Of a stretch of DNA of 57,968 nucleotides, positions 9,506-20,407 are shown piece by piece (position 1 is the stretch's first letter; every line of letters begins with the position of its first letter). The stretch is from the NCBI GenBank assembly GCA_046861385.1, contig JBHHTW010000013.1, positions 1-57,968 of the forward strand, read 5' to 3'. This stretch comes from Fidelibacterota bacterium. GTDB lineage: Bacteria; Fidelibacterota; Marinisomatia; Marinisomatales; TCS55. A program made the position numbers and the translations under genes. A model generated the notes under the pieces. The model did not search any database. It was not told the DNA's origin and worked only from the letters and a program-made list of their open reading frames with translations.

Positions 9506-11914
9506 ATGAAAGCCAAAACAACCCGGGTAACGCTACTTATACTAATTGCACTCTATCTTTTCTTCCGATGGACGTTTTTCCCGCCATTGCCTGGTTATAG
9601 CGGTCATGAAAAATTACCCGGACTCACAGAAGAAGTGGATGTTTTTACTGATGATTATGGTGTGCCTCACATTTTTGCACAGAATGAAAAAGATTTGTTT
9701 TTTGCTTCAGGGTATATTATTGCTCGCGAACGATTATTTCAATTAAGCACCATCGCGTCGGCAGTGCGTGGAGAGTTGGCTGACTTTTTCGGCGACGGAT
9801 CTCTCGAGGATGACATTTATCTCAGAACCTGGGGAATTCCAACCATTTCAAAGAAAATCATTCAAAACTACGATAAAGAAGCCATGATGGTCTCTCAGGC
9901 GTTTTGTGACGGAATCAATGCATATATTGACGAAATTGGAAACCGGGTACCCCCCGAATTTAAAATACTGGGTAAAAAACCCATTAAGTGGCTGCCCTCT
10001 GATCTCGCCGGCCATGGCCGGATGATGGCCCACGACCTGCAACAGTCCTGGAAATCGGAAATCATGTTCGGGCTGGTGGAACAATACTACGGGCCGGATA
10101 AAACAGCAGAATTAATGCCTGCCTATGAAAAAAATCTTCCCACCATTGCCTCAATGGATATGAGAAAATTCTGGGAAACATTTTCAGAAGCGGTGTGGGA
10201 CAGGGAAGAAAGCGTCAGGGAAATCCTCGGAACCAACGGTGTATCCATCGGGTCAAACAATGCCGTCATTTCCGGCAAACGGACCGAAAGCGGAAAACCC
10301 TTATTAATGAACGATCCCCATTTGAAATTCCGCCAGCCCGGCGTTTGGTATGAAATGCATATAAAAGGTGGCCGGTTCGATGTCAGCGGTGTCTGTTTGG
10401 TTGGCCTTCCTGTGCCAGTCATCGGACAAAATGAAAATTGTGCCTGGGGATTTACCAACGTCATGGCCGATGATATGGATTTTTTCGTTGAGAAAATTCA
10501 TCCCAACAATCCAAACCTGTACTTGTATGGTGACGAATGGAAAGAAATGGAAATGGAAGAGCAAACTATTCCCCTTCACGACGGCAGGGATACGACCATT
10601 GTCATCCGGTCAACAATCCATGGCCCTATTATCAGCGATATACACCCCTTTTTAAAAAACAGCGATGTGGCTGTCTCCATGTCTTGGGCGGGGGCGTGGG
10701 AGACGCTGGAATTATCTGCTTTAATTCAATTAAATACCATGAAGAACTGGGAAGATTTTACCAATGCTGTACGAGACTTTTCCATCCCGGGACAAAACAT
10801 GGTTTATGCCGACAAAGAAGGAAATATAGGCTGGAGACCGGCAGTCAAATTGCCCATCAGAAAAGATGGAAACAGTTTATTGCCCCGGCCGGGGCATTTA
10901 CCTGAATATGACTGGAAAGGGACCGTTCCTTTCGATGAAATGCCTTTTTTACTGAATCCGGTGAAAGGATACATCGTGACGGCTAATCAGAAAACGGTGG
11001 ATGATTCATATCCCTATTATATTTCCAACATGTGGGCAGACCCCAGCCGGGCCATGCGGATTGAAGACCTGGTAAAGGAAAAAAATAAAATTTCTCTGGA
11101 AGATATGAAAAATATTCAACGGGATATTCTATCACCGTTTGCCCGGGAATTGACACCCTATATCCTACGAACAGAAAAGGGAAATGAAACGGGAAACCTG
11201 AAAACAGCATTCAACCTGTTAAAAAACTGGGATTTCAGGGAAGAAGCAGAATCTCCCGAAGCGCTCGTTTTTCATGTAACCCTGAACCGGATGTTTTACA
11301 ATATTTATCAGGATGAATTTTCAGCGATCAATCCAAAACTCATGGAAGGATTAACCAACCTGACCCTTTTTGCATCCCGGAACTTGATCTCTACGATCAA
11401 AAACAATACCAGCAGTTGGTTTGATAATGTTGAAACGGGTAGCGTGGTGGAATCAAGAGACGATGTGGTTTATCAATCCATTGTGGAAGCAGTAGATGAA
11501 ATTGAAAAGAAGGTTGGAAAAAATCCTGCCACCTGGTCCTGGGGAAAAATTCATCATTTGACCTACCCTCACAACATGGGAAAAATAAAAGCGCTGGATT
11601 GGATCTTCGGTTTAAATGTCGGCCCCTTTGAATCGGGAGGATCGGCCATGACGGTTAATAATGGTGAATATGATATTTCGAAACCTTATAATCAAATTGT
11701 GGGGCCGTCCATGAGGCGGATAGTGGATTTTTCTGATTTGAACGCCACCCAAATGATCCTTCCGGCGGGAGAATCAGGAAGACCAAACAGTCCTCACTAT
11801 GACGATCAGGCCGATATGTTTATTTCAGGGAAATACAGAACCACAGCCTTTGATGAAAACTTTATTCGGGAAAGCGATTCGTTTAAACATTTAGTGTTAA
11901 TACCGTCTGAATGA
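9506..11914 (+). CDS. Penicillin acylase family (peptidase S45) Ntn-hydrolase
   Basis: 'D.YGVPHIFA', catalytic 'GSNN', 'NDPHL', 'GESG.P.SPHY.DQ'; N-terminal anchor; AAGGA RBS. Confidence 0.93.
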   Translation: MKAKTTRVTLLILIALYLFFRWTFFPPLPGYSGHEKLPGLTEEVDVFTDDYGVPHIFAQNEKDLFFASGYIIARERLFQLSTIASAVRGELADFFGDGSLEDDIYLRTWGIPTISKKIIQNYDKEAMMVSQAFCDGINAYIDEIGNRVPPEFKILGKKPIKWLPSDLAGHGRMMAHDLQQSWKSEIMFGLVEQYYGPDKTAELMPAYEKNLPTIASMDMRKFWETFSEAVWDREESVREILGTNGVSIGSNNAVISGKRTESGKPLLMNDPHLKFRQPGVWYEMHIKGGRFDVSGVCLVGLPVPVIGQNENCAWGFTNVMADDMDFFVEKIHPNNPNLYLYGDEWKEMEMEEQTIPLHDGRDTTIVIRSTIHGPIISDIHPFLKNSDVAVSMSWAGAWETLELSALIQLNTMKNWEDFTNAVRDFSIPGQNMVYADKEGNIGWRPAVKLPIRKDGNSLLPRPGHLPEYDWKGTVPFDEMPFLLNPVKGYIVTANQKTVDDSYPYYISNMWADPSRAMRIEDLVKEKNKISLEDMKNIQRDILSPFARELTPYILRTEKGNETGNLKTAFNLLKNWDFREEAESPEALVFHVTLNRMFYNIYQDEFSAINPKLMEGLTNLTLFASRNLISTIKNNTSSWFDNVETGSVVESRDDVVYQSIVEAVDEIEKKVGKNPATWSWGKIHHLTYPHNMGKIKALDWIFGLNVGPFESGGSAMTVNNGEYDISKPYNQIVGPSMRRIVDFSDLNATQMILPAGESGRPNSPHYDDQADMFISGKYRTTAFDENFIRESDSFKHLVLIPSE

Positions 11915-12711
11915 TTTTATCCATCACGGTTGCGGGCATTATTTGCCTGTTGATTGTTCAATATTTTACCTGGCATCCGGATAAAGGAGAAGATTATTAT
12001 ATTCGAAATCCATTGTGGTTTGCTCATCGCGGTTCTCTCCTAACTTCGCCTGAAAATACGATTGCTTCCTATCTCGACGCCTGGAAGAAAGGATTGCCGG
12101 CCATAGAACTGGACGTTGTCTCCACCAAAGACGGCGTGGTGGTCTGTTCTCATAATTTTGATTTGGAGAGAAAAACAAAGGGTCGTGGATACATTCACCA
12201 AATGAATTATCGGGATTTAGTGGAAAATTTAAAAAACGACAGGAGTAAAACTCCTACTCTGGAAGAAGGGCTGGACAGCATTAAAAAACCGGTGAGGGTC
12301 AATATTGAAATTAAAACATCCACTATTTTTGATTTTAAAACAGCAAGACGGGTAGCAAACATAATTGAAAAAAAACAGCTGACGAACCGGGTAATGATTT
12401 CGAGCTTTAATCCTTTTTCACTTTGGATTATCAAATGGCTTCACCCATCCATATTGACGGGGTTTATCGTAGAACAAAAATTCATGATTCCCTTTGTTCA
12501 TTGTTCTAGGGCAGATTTTCTTCACCCGGACAGCCGGCTGGTGACAGAAAGGTTGATGGATTTTGCCAGAAAAAGAAAAATGAAAATCAATGTATGGACA
12601 GTCAATACAAAGCCGGGAATCGACTGGTTAATAAAACAGGGAGTTGATGGCATTATTACAGACAGGTTGGAATTTTATATCGATGGAAAACAGGTAGAAT
12701 CCTCAGGGTAA
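11911..12711 (+). CDS. Glycerophosphodiester phosphodiesterase
   Basis: 'AHRG', 'PENT', 'IELDV..TKDG', 'NIEIK', 'VWTVN', 'GVDGIITD'; ATGA-coupled to the acylase. Confidence 0.92.
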   Translation: MILSITVAGIICLLIVQYFTWHPDKGEDYYIRNPLWFAHRGSLLTSPENTIASYLDAWKKGLPAIELDVVSTKDGVVVCSHNFDLERKTKGRGYIHQMNYRDLVENLKNDRSKTPTLEEGLDSIKKPVRVNIEIKTSTIFDFKTARRVANIIEKKQLTNRVMISSFNPFSLWIIKWLHPSILTGFIVEQKFMIPFVHCSRADFLHPDSRLVTERLMDFARKRKMKINVWTVNTKPGIDWLIKQGVDGIITDRLEFYIDGKQVESSG

Positions 12712-12748
12712 AACAAAGAACGGATAAAATCACATATCATAAACCACA

Positions 12749-13063
12749 ATGCAAAATATTACAGTTACAGAATTAAAAAAGAAATGGGACAATCGGGAAC
12801 CATTCATTCTTCTGGATGTGAGGGAAACATTCGAGGTGCATTATGCCAGGATTGAACCATTTATACATATTCCCATGGGGTTTTTGCCCGCCAGGATAAC
12901 AGAATTAAAAAAGGAAATGCCAGTGGTCGTTATTTGCCACACAGGTGTTCGATCGGTTCAGGTTTGTCATTTTCTGGAGAGATCCGGTTTTGATGCGATC
13001 AATGTTCTTGGGGGAATAGATGGCTGGTCAATAGAAATAGACCCGTCTGTCCCCAGGTATTAA
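12749..13063 (+). CDS. Rhodanese-like sulfurtransferase
   Basis: 'LLDVRE', 'ICHTGVRS', 'GGIDGWS..IDP.VPRY'. Confidence 0.9.
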   Translation: MQNITVTELKKKWDNREPFILLDVRETFEVHYARIEPFIHIPMGFLPARITELKKEMPVVVICHTGVRSVQVCHFLERSGFDAINVLGGIDGWSIEIDPSVPRY

Positions 13064-13117
13064 CAATTAGATGAACAAAGGATAATAATCGTTATGACAG
13101 GCAGCCATGGTTTGATT

Positions 13118-14674
13118 CTAGTGTTTAAAACACCTTTCGCCAGTAAAGACCATGGCGATTCCGTGTTCGTTACAGGCGTCGATGACTTCCTTGTCCCGGA
13201 TGGAACCGCCGGGCTGAATGACTGATTTGATACCGGTACCGGCAATTTTATCAATGCTGTCTCTGAAAGGAAAAAAAGCATCTGAACAAAGAATAGATCC
13301 CTCAATATTTTCACCGGATTTTCGGAGGGCAATTTCCACCGAGTCCACCCGGCTTACCTGACCTGCCCCGACCCCAACGGTTGTATTATTTTTGACGATC
13401 AAAATACCGTTTGATTTAATGTGTTTTAATACTTTCCAGCCGAAAATCATGGTATTTAAATCATCATCGGTCGGGGTTGCCTCAGTGACCATTTTTAGTT
13501 GATCCGGCGTTAGCATATTCCGATTGGTTTCCTGTACAAGAAGACCTCCGTCGATATTTCTGACTTCCCGTTTTTCGGTGCCGGGGGTAATCTCTCCTAT
13601 TTCCAATACACGGAGATTTTTCTTTTTTGAAAAAACAGCCAGCGCCCCCGGTTCAAAAGAAGGGGCCAGTACAATTTCAACAAAAACACCTGAAATGGCC
13701 TGGGCCACCTCCGAAGTACACTCCCGGTTGAAAGCAATAACGCCGCCAAAAGCAGACAGACTGTCTGCGTTAAATGCCCGGGTATAAACATCCAGTAAAT
13801 GGTGGCCCACAGCCACACCGCATGGGTTGGAATGCTTCACAACTACGCAAGCCGTATCACTGAATTCCCTCAGACAAGCCAGGGCGCCGTCAGCATCCAT
13901 GATATTATTGTAAGAGAGTTTTTTCCCCTGGTGAATTTTTGCATTCAGAATATTATTTTCCCTGCTCCCCGGTATTTTATAAACAGCTGCTTCCTGGTGG
14001 GGATTTTCTCCATATCGCAGTGTTGAGCGTTTGTCAAATGTCGGTGTTAATTTGATTGGAAAGGGCTCCTCGTTCAGAAATGTATGAATAATACTATCGT
14101 ATTGAGCCGTAGCGGCGAATGCTTTGGTTGTCAGGTATTTTCGCGTTTCAAAGGAAAGGTGACGTGTCGAAGCCATCTCATCTGTAATAAGCTGGTAATC
14201 AGCCGGATCTGTTATAACACCGCACCACCCCATATTTTTTGCGGCGCTTCGAATCATGGTGGGGCCACCAATATCGACATTTTCTAAAGCAAAAGCGAAA
14301 TCGACATCTTCCCGGGAAATGGTTTCGGAAAATGGATAAAGATTACAGACTACCAAATCGATCCACTGGATATTGTTTTCATCTGCATCGGATGAATGTT
14401 GATCTCTCAATCCCAGAATACCCCCGGCCACCAAAGGGTTGAGTGTCTTGACCCGTCCGTCCATGATTTCTGGGAAACTGGTATAATCGCTCACATCAAT
14501 GACCGGGATTCCCTCCTTCTCTAGGACGTTGGCTGTTCCGCCGGTTGAGATGATTTTGACACCGAATTTATTTAAATTTCGAGCGAATTCAGTAATACCG
14601 GTTTTATTGAATACGGATATCAGGGCATATTTAATTTTTATGGGTTCTTGGTGGAGCGTTGGATTTTCTAACAT
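13118..14674 (-). CDS. purH: Bifunctional AICAR transformylase/IMP cyclohydrolase
   Basis: 'STGGT', 'GRVKTL', 'DIGGPTMIRSAAKN', 'LRYGENPHQ', 'SDAFFPF', 'IQPGGS'. Confidence 0.97.
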   Translation of the reverse strand: MLENPTLHQEPIKIKYALISVFNKTGITEFARNLNKFGVKIISTGGTANVLEKEGIPVIDVSDYTSFPEIMDGRVKTLNPLVAGGILGLRDQHSSDADENNIQWIDLVVCNLYPFSETISREDVDFAFALENVDIGGPTMIRSAAKNMGWCGVITDPADYQLITDEMASTRHLSFETRKYLTTKAFAATAQYDSIIHTFLNEEPFPIKLTPTFDKRSTLRYGENPHQEAAVYKIPGSRENNILNAKIHQGKKLSYNNIMDADGALACLREFSDTACVVVKHSNPCGVAVGHHLLDVYTRAFNADSLSAFGGVIAFNRECTSEVAQAISGVFVEIVLAPSFEPGALAVFSKKKNLRVLEIGEITPGTEKREVRNIDGGLLVQETNRNMLTPDQLKMVTEATPTDDDLNTMIFGWKVLKHIKSNGILIVKNNTTVGVGAGQVSRVDSVEIALRKSGENIEGSILCSDAFFPFRDSIDKIAGTGIKSVIQPGGSIRDKEVIDACNEHGIAMVFTGERCFKH

Positions 14675-14724
14675 AGTATTAAAGTGTTAATATTTTTGGT
14701 GTTAAAGAAAAAAGGCAAAAGCCG

Positions 14725-15312
14725 TTAACCATTTCTAATTTCACTCCCTTGAATTATATTTATTGCTTCTATAAATGCCATGCTTTCAAGCTTTTGTACT
14801 TTTGCTTTCAGACTCTCCACCGTATCCTTGGGATCTACAGCACATTTCTTCTGAACAAGGATAGGGCCGCCATCAACCTCTTCCGTAACAAAATGAATGG
14901 AACACCCTGTTTCACGGTCTCCGTTTTTCAACACTTCTTCGTGAACATGGGTATCCATACCGCCGGCATATTTCGGTAAAAGAGACGGGTGGACATTTAA
15001 AATTTTATCCTGCCATTCCCGGCAGAATTCGGCAGATAATATGCGCATAAATCCAATCAGTAAAATGAGATCAACATGATATTTTCTCATAACGGTAGTG
15101 ATTTCACTATCGAATTCTTCCCGGCTTTTCCCTTTATGGGAAATACAAACAGCCGGTACGTCGAAGCTCCGTGCCCGTTCCAATATATAGGCATTATTCC
15201 GGTTGGAAATTACCACGGAAACGTAAGCATCCAGAGAACCATCGTCAACAGCTTCCAGAATAGCCTGAAGATCTGTTCCTCTGGTTGAACCGAGAATTCC
15301 TAATCGAATCAA
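14725..15312 (-). CDS. purN: Phosphoribosylglycinamide formyltransferase
   Basis: 'GFMRIL', 'NVHPSLLP', 'TGCSIHFV...VDGGPI'; TTG start. Confidence 0.95.
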   Translation of the reverse strand: MIRLGILGSTRGTDLQAILEAVDDGSLDAYVSVVISNRNNAYILERARSFDVPAVCISHKGKSREEFDSEITTVMRKYHVDLILLIGFMRILSAEFCREWQDKILNVHPSLLPKYAGGMDTHVHEEVLKNGDRETGCSIHFVTEEVDGGPILVQKKCAVDPKDTVESLKAKVQKLESMAFIEAINIIQGSEIRNG

Positions 15313-15316
15313 TGGT

Positions 15317-16633
15317 TTATGTCCGGATCATTTTCATGTGATTCACACGTTCGCTCACTAGATTGTCTTTTCCGATATCTGTCCGGTGAAATAACGGCCC
15401 TTTAATGGCAGATATTTCTTTTTCGGCGATTTTTTCTGCTTCTGTAATATTATCGGCAATGCCCACCGCTGCGACAGTTCGGCTGCCGCACTCAACCAGA
15501 TGGCCATTTTGAATATCCACAGAAGCATAAAACAAATGATGGGTATTTTCTACACCGGATACATCAATCGGTTTTCCCTTCACCGGATCTTCCGGGTAAC
15601 CTTCCGGCACTGCGTATTTGCACACGGTGGCTTGATGTCGGAATTGAATGTCAATTGTATCAAGAGTTCCGTCGGAAATTCCCCAGAAAATATCAATCAA
15701 ATCAGATTCCAAAATGGATAAAACATTCATGGCTTCCGGATCGCCAAACCGGGCGTTATATTCAATCAATTTTACACCATCAGCGGTGGCCATGAAACCG
15801 CCATACAGAATTCCTTTATACCCTTCTCCAAATTTATTATGTAAAGCCTGTGCCGTAAGAGTATTCATTTGCCGGGCCTGGGCAATATCTTCATTGTTCA
15901 AAAAGGGCAGGCTGTGATTGGCGTCTGAATATGTCCCCATTCCGCCGGTGTTCGGACCGGTGTCGCCGTCGTAGGCTCGTTTATGATCCTGAACCGCTGG
16001 CATATGTTGTAGATGGATACCATCACAAAAACTCATTAGGGAAAATTCCTGCCCGACCAGTTTCTCTTCAATAACGAACCCACCTCCTGAATGAACCAGC
16101 GTTTCACAATAAGCCAGCCCGTCTGCGTGGGAAAAAAGATGGTCCCCCGACACCTTCACACCTTTTCCACCGGCAAGACCATCGTATTTCACGACATAGT
16201 CTTCACCCAAATATTCCAAATATTCCGATACGCCATCCATGGAATTAAATCGCTTGTATTCAGGACTTCCGGGGATCTTGTATTCTTTCATCAGGTCCCG
16301 GGTAAATCCTTTGGATGTTTCAATGGCCGCCAAATCTTTTTTAGGTCCAACCACCCCGATTCCTTCTGTCCAGAGGGCGTCGGCCACACCCTGTGCCAGC
16401 GGGTTTTCCGGCCCGATAACGGCTAAGAAAACGCCCGACTCCCTAGCATAGTCTCTAACGAAACTATCGTCGTCAATCCTTCCCGTGAAAATCTCGTCAC
16501 ACAATTCTGCAATACCTGGATTCAAATTCGAAGCCAGACAATAAATTTCTTTTTCCTGATGAGACTGAACCAGGGAGCGAATAATCGCATGTTCCCTGGC
16601 ACCGGAACCAACAACCAATATTCTATTTTTCAT
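15317..16633 (-). CDS. purD: Phosphoribosylamine--glycine ligase
   Basis: 'GSGAREHA', 'GPE.PL', 'GLAGGKGV', 'QDHKR', 'GPNTGGMG', 'EYNARFGDPE'. Confidence 0.97.
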   Translation of the reverse strand: MKNRILVVGSGAREHAIIRSLVQSHQEKEIYCLASNLNPGIAELCDEIFTGRIDDDSFVRDYARESGVFLAVIGPENPLAQGVADALWTEGIGVVGPKKDLAAIETSKGFTRDLMKEYKIPGSPEYKRFNSMDGVSEYLEYLGEDYVVKYDGLAGGKGVKVSGDHLFSHADGLAYCETLVHSGGGFVIEEKLVGQEFSLMSFCDGIHLQHMPAVQDHKRAYDGDTGPNTGGMGTYSDANHSLPFLNNEDIAQARQMNTLTAQALHNKFGEGYKGILYGGFMATADGVKLIEYNARFGDPEAMNVLSILESDLIDIFWGISDGTLDTIDIQFRHQATVCKYAVPEGYPEDPVKGKPIDVSGVENTHHLFYASVDIQNGHLVECGSRTVAAVGIADNITEAEKIAEKEISAIKGPLFHRTDIGKDNLVSERVNHMKMIRT

Positions 16634-16704
16634 TCGCCTGACAAATTCTTTTGAATCTTTTTTTCAGTTTGTACGATGGCAAAAACACTGAATGTCATAA
16701 GGAG

Positions 16705-16929
16705 TTAATTTGATTGTACATCATTATCCTTTTTTTTCTTTAGATCAGCCATCATTGCATAGGTCATTCCAACGGAAGGTCCAATGGCAACCCCAATGGC
16801 GATCCAAAAAGAGGCATCTCCGGTTACGGCGCCGATCACGGCGCCAATCAAGACACCAAAAGAAGCACCAAAAACCAAGCCGAGACCCACCGGGTTTTGA
16901 GGTTTCTTTTTATCGCAGTTATTTCCCAT
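16705..16929 (-). CDS. Small two-helix glycine-zipper membrane protein
   Basis: GxxxG-rich hydrophobic pair 'GLGLVFGASFGVLIGAVIG..FWIAIGVAIG' with basic flanks; fills the purF-purD gap and overlaps the purF stop. Confidence 0.65.
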   Translation of the reverse strand: MGNNCDKKKPQNPVGLGLVFGASFGVLIGAVIGAVTGDASFWIAIGVAIGPSVGMTYAMMADLKKKKDNDVQSN

Positions 16930-18394
16930 TCCGATCATAATTCCTCATCGTTTCCATTTCAGAAATTTTTGCATCATCAATATCATTGGCCACATAATAC
17001 CCGTCCATACAGGCCATGCAGGGTTGATCAATATGGTGGTTTCCTTTTCGAGTGACGGCTTCAACCAGGCCCTCGATTTGTTGATAGAGCAATGCATCAA
17101 CATTTAAGTATTTTCCAATGTCTTTTTCGCTCATATTTCCGGCAATTAATTCACTTTTTGTGGGCATGTCTACTCCATAAAAACAAGGGAATTTTACCGG
17201 TGGGCACGCCACAGAAAAATAGACCTCCCTGGCGCCAAAATCTTTTAGCATTCGTACAATTTCTCGACTGGTATTTCCCCGGACGATGCTGTCGTCCATA
17301 ATCATCACCTTTTTATCCCGGATTTCTGTTTCCTGGGGAACCAGTTTGTGCTTAACCGATTTTTTTCGCTCCGCCTGTCCCGGCATAATAAACGTACGAC
17401 CGATAAACGTATTTTTATATAATCCTTCCGAATACCGAACCCCCAATTCATGGGCGAAAGAAAGAGCCGCCGTATTGGCCGTGCTCGGAGCCGGAATAAC
17501 AATATCCGGTATTTTATCCGGGTATTTTTTTTGCCATGCCACGGCGAGGTTTTGCCCCATCCGCAAGCGGGACCGATATACGCTGACATCATTCAGGGTG
17601 GCGTCTGGTCGGGCAAAATATACGTATTCGAAAATGCATGGATTGAATTCTTTTTTGACCAACCGTTTATTGAACACCTTGCCGTCATTGTCCACGTAAA
17701 TAAGTTCTCCGGGAAGGACCGTTCCTTTTGGTTCAAAACCCAAGGCATAAAACATGGTGTTTTCTGATGCAAAAATATAATCTTTCCCCCCATTTCCATT
17801 AGATCGCTCTCCTTTGACCAAGGGTCGAATTCCCTGGGGATCGCGAAAGACAACCAGGCCTTTTCCAATCACCAGGCTTACCACAGAATAAGCACCCCGG
17901 ACCCGTTTAAATATTTTGGTTACTGCATTACAAAGGAGGTAGAAAAATTCTTCACTATCCTCAGGAGGATTGTTGGTGTGAAGGAGATCGGCGAAATAGT
18001 GTAAAAGCACTTCCGAATCAGATGTGGTATTCAAATATCGACTATCTTTTTGAGTGATTTCTTCGGCGAGGTCTTTATAATTGGTCAGGTTCCCGTTATG
18101 AGCCAGCGCGATGCCATAGGGAACAGAGGTCCAGAAAGGTTGAATTTCACCATGCCCAAATCCGCCATGGGTCGGATATCGGTTGTGAGAGATACCTACA
18201 TTACCCGTCAGAAGTTCTATATTGACCTCATTGAACACTTCCTTTGCCAGGCCCATCCCTTTTTCCTTATGCATCCGGTCATTGTATGTCATGATACCGG
18301 CGGCGTCCTGTCCCCGATGCTGCAAGTTAATGATGCAGTCATAGAGTTCTGCCGCTACAGGTTTATGGGAATATATTCCGGCAATACCGCACAT
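16919..18394 (-). CDS. purF: Amidophosphoribosyltransferase (Fe-S type, no propeptide)
   Basis: N-terminal 'MCGI', 'QHRGQDAAG', 'DDSIVRGNT', cluster cysteines 'CIFE', 'CFYG', 'CMAC'. Confidence 0.97.
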   Translation of the reverse strand: MCGIAGIYSHKPVAAELYDCIINLQHRGQDAAGIMTYNDRMHKEKGMGLAKEVFNEVNIELLTGNVGISHNRYPTHGGFGHGEIQPFWTSVPYGIALAHNGNLTNYKDLAEEITQKDSRYLNTTSDSEVLLHYFADLLHTNNPPEDSEEFFYLLCNAVTKIFKRVRGAYSVVSLVIGKGLVVFRDPQGIRPLVKGERSNGNGGKDYIFASENTMFYALGFEPKGTVLPGELIYVDNDGKVFNKRLVKKEFNPCIFEYVYFARPDATLNDVSVYRSRLRMGQNLAVAWQKKYPDKIPDIVIPAPSTANTAALSFAHELGVRYSEGLYKNTFIGRTFIMPGQAERKKSVKHKLVPQETEIRDKKVMIMDDSIVRGNTSREIVRMLKDFGAREVYFSVACPPVKFPCFYGVDMPTKSELIAGNMSEKDIGKYLNVDALLYQQIEGLVEAVTRKGNHHIDQPCMACMDGYYVANDIDDAKISEMETMRNYDRNGK

Positions 18395-18502
18395 TAGATT
18401 AATCCGGGGATCAAGGGAGTTGGAATGGAGGAAAACCCAAACGATTTCATCATGATTAATCCAGTATAAAATGTATTTTTGTCCATTGTTACATCACAGT
18501 CT

Positions 18503-19852
18503 TTAAACTAAATTAGCCAGTTTTGACGCCAGGCCAATATAATTTTCCGGACTTAGAGCCATCAACGTTGTTTTATCATCTTCGGAAATGGCCAGTCCGG
18601 AAACAAATTCGAGATAAATTTTTTGATCCATTTTCTGGCCCCGGGTCAGCGCTTTCAATTGTTCGTATGCTCCAGATTGTCCGGCCTTCCGTAACATTGT
18701 TTGGATTGCCTCAGCCAACACTTCCCAGTGATCGTTCAGTTCAGCAGAGATTTTTTCTTGATTAATCGTGATTCGATCTAATCCTTTTAAAATATTCTCC
18801 AACGCTAAAAAAGAATGACCCATGGCGACTCCCTGGTTTCGGATAGTCGTGGAATCGGTTAAATCCCTCTGCATTCTGGACACTGGGAGTTTGGTGGTAA
18901 AATGAATCAGAAGTGCATTTGAAATTCCTAAATTCCCCTCGGCATTTTCAAATTGAATGGGATTAATTTTATGGGGCATGGTGGAGGAACCTGTTTCTCC
19001 GGATATTTTTTTCTGACCAAGCACTCCACGGCTGATATAGGTCCAGATATCCCGGCAAAAGTCAATGAGAATGGCGTTAACCCGAATCATTTGATGGTAA
19101 CTTTCAATCAAAGAATCGTGAGGTTCAATTTGCGTCGTAATGGGGTTGAGTTTCATGCCCATTTTTTGAATAAATTTTTTCGAAAAATCTATCCAGTTTA
19201 CTTCGGGGTAAGCCACAGCCTGGGCAGACCATGTACCGGTGGCTCCACCAAATTTCCCCAAGAATTCGTGGGTAGTCATTTGATCGATTTGCCTGCCTAA
19301 TCGATTGGAAAACACTGCGACTTCTTTTCCAAAGGTTGTCGGTGTTGCCGGTTGTCCATGGGTCATTGATAACATAGAAATCGATTGATATTTTTTCACC
19401 AGCCGTTTGAGTTTACCGTTGATCTGATTCAGGGCAGGGAGATAGATGTTTTCCAGGCTCTCTTTCCACATGAGGGTATAGGCGAGATTATTGACATCTT
19501 CAGACGTGAGGGCAAAATGTATCCACGGGTGAAGCGATTGTTTCACATTTCTTTGAATAAAATATTCAATGGCTTTAACATCGTGATTAATGGATTTTTC
19601 AATTTCTTTAATCTTTTCACCATCTTCCGGGTTGAATAATCCATATATTTTTCTGATACGCTTTTGTTCAGAATCCGAAAAAGGTTTCAAATCGGATATT
19701 TTCCGCTCATTCCCCAGTGCAATTAAATATTCAATTTCCACTTTCATCCGGTATTTCATTAGAGAAAATTCTGAAAAAGATGAAGACAAATCTGTCAGGG
19801 TATCCGCGTAACGGCCATCTAATGGAGAAATATTGTGTATAGAATGAGACAC
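18503..19852 (-). CDS. purB: Adenylosuccinate lyase
   Basis: 'SPLDGRY', 'NHDVKA.EY', 'THGQPATPTT', 'GSSTMPHKINP', 'SRMQRDL'. Confidence 0.96.
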   Translation of the reverse strand: MSHSIHNISPLDGRYADTLTDLSSSFSEFSLMKYRMKVEIEYLIALGNERKISDLKPFSDSEQKRIRKIYGLFNPEDGEKIKEIEKSINHDVKAIEYFIQRNVKQSLHPWIHFALTSEDVNNLAYTLMWKESLENIYLPALNQINGKLKRLVKKYQSISMLSMTHGQPATPTTFGKEVAVFSNRLGRQIDQMTTHEFLGKFGGATGTWSAQAVAYPEVNWIDFSKKFIQKMGMKLNPITTQIEPHDSLIESYHQMIRVNAILIDFCRDIWTYISRGVLGQKKISGETGSSTMPHKINPIQFENAEGNLGISNALLIHFTTKLPVSRMQRDLTDSTTIRNQGVAMGHSFLALENILKGLDRITINQEKISAELNDHWEVLAEAIQTMLRKAGQSGAYEQLKALTRGQKMDQKIYLEFVSGLAISEDDKTTLMALSPENYIGLASKLANLV

Positions 19853-19912
19853 AGGTTTACGGTGTCCGAAAATGAATAATTAACATTTTTATTTTTCTAT
19901 TTATTACCATTT

Positions 19913-19938
19913 TTCTGTGTTCTCTGTGACTCAGTGGC
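19913..19938. repeat. Intergenic repeat, half copy (CTGTGTTCTCTGTGACTCAGTGGC) at purE stop
   Basis: Similar to copies at 22677-22702, 23993-24018 and 26416-26442. Confidence 0.65.
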
Positions 19939-20324
19939 TATAAATTGAATATCCGCTTCACAGCCAGCGCACAATTTCCAGGATCAAGGATTGTCAAAAC
20001 AGGTGTATTGCTTGGCATTTGTAACGTGGAATGTATATTGACCATCATATCCATTTTGTCAGAAAAAGGCGGACAGGCAATGGTGGGAAAAGATGAATTG
20101 GCAGCTACAAATCCAGAGAGTGCATTGGAACGACCGGCGATCGTTATATACAAGAGATTGCTTTCGTTTTGGTTAGATTCCAGTATTTCCAGCACCTTCA
20201 ACGGCTGCTTATGAGCCGATGCAACATATTGTACCCATTGAATATTATATTTATCCAATTGACTCGTTATTTTTTGTGCATGGGGTTTGTCTGAAGATGA
20301 ACCCATAATAATAACAACTTTCAT
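19938..20324 (-). CDS. purE: AIR carboxylase, class II-like PurE
   Basis: 'IMGSSSD', 'SAHK', 'AGRSNAL', 'P.I.CPP', 'STLQMPS'. Confidence 0.93.
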   Translation of the reverse strand: MKVVIIMGSSSDKPHAQKITSQLDKYNIQWVQYVASAHKQPLKVLEILESNQNESNLLYITIAGRSNALSGFVAANSSFPTIACPPFSDKMDMMVNIHSTLQMPSNTPVLTILDPGNCALAVKRIFNL

Positions 20325-20407
20325 ATTATGTCCTTTTTCTTGCCGAAGAGACGTCAGGATCGGAAAGAATAATATTATTAGAAAAGGTATTTCCCGTGAA
20401 TCTGCCG

